This document shows positions 61,084 to 64,000 of a DNA stretch of 64,000 bases, piece after piece. The notes under the pieces were generated by a model that saw only the letters and a list, made by a program, of their open reading frames with translations, ran no database searches and was not told the origin of the DNA. The stretch covers positions 1,184,001 through 1,248,000 of the forward strand of contig JBMNEZ010000001.1 of NCBI GenBank assembly GCA_050949045.1. Reading direction: 5' to 3'. The position numbers and the translations under genes are program-made. Numbering within the stretch: position 1 is the stretch's first letter; each line of letters starts with the position of its first letter. Origin of the DNA: Candidatus Izemoplasmatales bacterium (GTDB lineage Bacteria > Bacillota_I > Bacilli_A > Izemoplasmatales > Hujiaoplasmataceae).

Positions 61084-64000
61084 ATGAGTAAGATAACAGA
61101 GTTCATCAAGGATAGGCCAAGTATAAAAACGTTTTTGGATATCTATGATTCGACAAATAAATTGATAACCATCAATGATGCAAGCGAGGAAATTGGCACG
61201 CTTTTAGCGTTGATTACATATCAAAAAAAGCGGAGACCAACCGTTTTAGTGGCTCCAAACCTATATCGGGCTCAGTTGATATACGATAAACTTTGTACTA
61301 TCATTGAGGACAAAGACGTATTGTTTTTCCCCCAAGATGAGTTTGTGACAAGCGAAATGCTTGTATCCTCATCCGAATTCAGGCTTGAACGAATCAATAC
61401 AATGGTCGAACTCTCAAAAAACAACAGTAGAATTATCGTTACTCATCTTCCAGGGATACTCAAACCAACAGTGGCGCCCAACAAATGGATAAAAGCCAAA
61501 TTTAGCCTTTTTATAGATATGGAAATATCTATTGGCCTACTGTCAAAAAGGCTTATCGAAATCGGATACCGGCGCGAATACACAGTTGAAAAAATGGGAG
61601 ACTACAGTGTTCGCGGAGGAATTGTCGATATCTTTCCTTTTAGAAATAAACAGCCGATTAGGCTGGATTTTTTCGGTGATTTTATTGAATCAATCAGGAT
61701 ATTTAATATTGAAACACAACGCTCAGTTGCTAGAGTAGACTCAATTAACATTCTTCCAATGACGGATTTTCTGTTTGATGAAAATGATTTTTTAAAATTA
61801 CGGACAAAGATTGAAAAAATAATAGAATTTGGCGAAACTTCACGCGAAACAACCGACATCATTTTAAATGATTTGGCTAATTTGAGCGCTCGGCGAGACC
61901 TCAGTCGACTTTGTCGGTATTTGCCGATGATGACTGATAAGCACTATACCGTCCTTGATTACATGGATAATCCAGCTGTATTTTTCATCGATCGCAAACG
62001 CGTTGACATCCAGTATGGATTGATGTTTGAAGACATTGCGTCATGGAAGAATAAGAATCGGGATTATTTAGGAATCGATTTTTCATTCATTTATCTGCTT
62101 GAAGAATTAAATATTGATAAAGAAATAAACATTCATTATTTTGATTATAAATCCCAAACAAAGTGTTCCAACGCCATTTCGATACCAGCTCTTGAACCAT
62201 TTAAATTTGGAAACAATCTCAATTTATTTTTAGCGGAGATGAAACAAAAGAATCCGGAATTGACAGTTTTTATCACGTTGAAAAGTCATAAAGCAAGACA
62301 ACAATTATCAGAATCGCTTGCGGATAATTTAATCAGACATTATCTAGTCGGCCCGAAAGATGACCCTTTGACAGGAACGATCAATCTCATCGAAACTGAG
62401 GATTACTTTGATTTATACTCACCCGGGATGTTAGTAGCCGTAATTACTGATGCCGCTTTTGAAGAGCGAAAGGTGCCACAGAAAAAAGGAAAGTATGTTT
62501 CTGTATTCGACAATAGTAAGCGCTTGGGATCAGTCAGCGACCTCAAGCATGGTGATTATATTGTCCATTATGATTATGGCATCGGCCGTTTTTTGGATAT
62601 TGTCACCATGGAATTGGGAAGCACAAAAAACGACTACATTCACCTTGAATATTATAACGGCGACAAGTTATATATTCCGCTTGAATCATTTTCAGAGATT
62701 CAGAAATATTCTGGTAGTGAAGGCTTTATTCCTCGTCTAAGCAAACTTGGCGGAACGGATTGGGAACGAACAAAACTAAGGGTCAAAAAACGCATACGCG
62801 ATATCGCTGACAAACTGATCGCACTCTATTCGGAGAGAGAACGCGCGGAAGGGTTTTCTTACCTTGAGTACAAAGAATTGGAAGCAGATCTCAGGGCAGA
62901 CTTTCCTTACGAAGAAACCGAAGATCAAGTACGCGCGATCGAAGAGATCTATCAAGATATGGCAACGCCAAAACCAATGGACAGACTGTTGTGCGGAGAT
63001 GTCGGATTTGGAAAAACCGAGGTGGCTCTTCGCGCTGCATTCAGGGCGGTATTAAATAATAAACAAGTTGCTTATCTTGCTCCGACGACCGTTCTTTCAA
63101 AACAACATTATCAGACCTTTTCCGACCGTTTGGGAAAGTTTGGCGTTAGGGTAGAACTCTTGAACCGATTCAGCACAAAAAAACAACAGCGGCTGATTTT
63201 ATCGGGTTTACGTGAACATTCGATCGATATTTTGATTGGAACCCATCGGCTTCTTAGTGAAGATGTTGTTTTTAAGGATTTAGGAATGTTAATCGTTGAC
63301 GAAGAACAGCGGTTCGGCGTCGAACACAAGGAAAAAATCAAAGAAATGAAAGTCAGCATTGATGTCTTGTCTCTTTCCGCAACGCCTATACCAAGGACAA
63401 TGCAGATGGCGATCATGGGTGTTAAGGACATGAGTCTCTTAGAAAGCGCACCGGAAAACCGATATCCGATTCAAACGTATGTCCTTGAACAAAACGATTT
63501 GATTATCAAAGATGCGATCGAAAGAGAACTGGCTCGCAAAGGACAGGTGTTCTATCTTTACAACCTAATCGACAATATTGAAAATATTGCCTTTAAACTT
63601 CAAAGGCTCGTTCCTGATGCTGTTATCAGATTTGCTCACGGCAAAATGCTTAAACATGAACTTGAGGATGTGATTGACAAGTTCGTTAATCAAAACATCG
63701 ACGTATTGGTTTCAACGACCATCATCGAAACCGGCATTGACATTCCCAACGCAAACACCCTGATTATCCATGATGCCGATCGGCTTGGTTTGTCACAACT
63801 CTATCAAATCCGCGGTCGGGTTGGACGCAGCGATCGAATTGCCTATGCCTATCTAATGTACAAACGCCAGCGACAGATGACCGAAGATGCCGAAAAAAGA
63901 TTAAAAGTCATCAAAGAATTTACCGAACTTGGAAGCGGATTCAAGATCGCTATCAGAGATCTGTCGATTCGTGGAGCCGGAGACCTTCTCGGAGCCGAGC
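61084..64000 (+). CDS. mfd: Transcription-repair coupling factor Mfd (runs off the window)
   Basis: YSVRGGIVD, VHYDYGIGRF, CGDVGFGKT, DEEQRFG, QIRGRVGRS, DLSIRGAG in one frame. Confidence 0.96.
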   Translation, partial: MSKITEFIKDRPSIKTFLDIYDSTNKLITINDASEEIGTLLALITYQKKRRPTVLVAPNLYRAQLIYDKLCTIIEDKDVLFFPQDEFVTSEMLVSSSEFRLERINTMVELSKNNSRIIVTHLPGILKPTVAPNKWIKAKFSLFIDMEISIGLLSKRLIEIGYRREYTVEKMGDYSVRGGIVDIFPFRNKQPIRLDFFGDFIESIRIFNIETQRSVARVDSINILPMTDFLFDENDFLKLRTKIEKIIEFGETSRETTDIILNDLANLSARRDLSRLCRYLPMMTDKHYTVLDYMDNPAVFFIDRKRVDIQYGLMFEDIASWKNKNRDYLGIDFSFIYLLEELNIDKEINIHYFDYKSQTKCSNAISIPALEPFKFGNNLNLFLAEMKQKNPELTVFITLKSHKARQQLSESLADNLIRHYLVGPKDDPLTGTINLIETEDYFDLYSPGMLVAVITDAAFEERKVPQKKGKYVSVFDNSKRLGSVSDLKHGDYIVHYDYGIGRFLDIVTMELGSTKNDYIHLEYYNGDKLYIPLESFSEIQKYSGSEGFIPRLSKLGGTDWERTKLRVKKRIRDIADKLIALYSERERAEGFSYLEYKELEADLRADFPYEETEDQVRAIEEIYQDMATPKPMDRLLCGDVGFGKTEVALRAAFRAVLNNKQVAYLAPTTVLSKQHYQTFSDRLGKFGVRVELLNRFSTKKQQRLILSGLREHSIDILIGTHRLLSEDVVFKDLGMLIVDEEQRFGVEHKEKIKEMKVSIDVLSLSATPIPRTMQMAIMGVKDMSLLESAPENRYPIQTYVLEQNDLIIKDAIERELARKGQVFYLYNLIDNIENIAFKLQRLVPDAVIRFAHGKMLKHELEDVIDKFVNQNIDVLVSTTIIETGIDIPNANTLIIHDADRLGLSQLYQIRGRVGRSDRIAYAYLMYKRQRQMTEDAEKRLKVIKEFTELGSGFKIAIRDLSIRGAGDLLGAE

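Noticed and set aside
61837..61852. parS-like AACTTCACGCGAAACA inside mfd
   Set aside because: Four mismatches from the consensus and not palindromic

Overview
Replication-origin region of a low-GC Gram-positive-lineage bacterium that uses genetic code 11 (TGA = stop). Gene content and order (rpoE delta, spoVG-prs without glmU, tandem DHH genes, a mollicute-type nuclease-linked ABC transporter) point to a free-living Mollicutes-related lineage such as Izemoplasmatales/Acholeplasmatales; this is inference. Housekeeping content: fba (partial), tldD/pmbA, an M32 peptidase, pyrG, rpoE, a Na/Pi symporter, two NrnA-like genes, guaAB, recR-ybaB-dnaX, mnmE followed by a perfect parS, ttcA, a NfeD-RDD-SPFH operon, T-box asnS, prs, spoVG, ispE, umuC-yolD, punA, purB, folD, a seven-gene tyrA/aro operon, purA, dnaN-dnaA-oriC-rpmH-rnpA-yidC-jag, pth and mfd (partial). 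Most interesting: (1) a six-gene candidate extracellular-DNA foraging operon (ABC importer, SNase lipoprotein, and a large Ig/OB/lamin-tail lipoprotein with no visible catalytic domain); (2) a non-canonical pyrG attenuator; (3) YidC carrying an extra DUF3862/BLIP/BamE-like extracytoplasmic domain; (4) an eroded or variant purine riboswitch; (5) several pseudogene scars missed by the ORF track (terminase-Fic chimera, DUF1934, FAD oxidoreductase). All family assignments come from reading motifs by eye; no searches were run.
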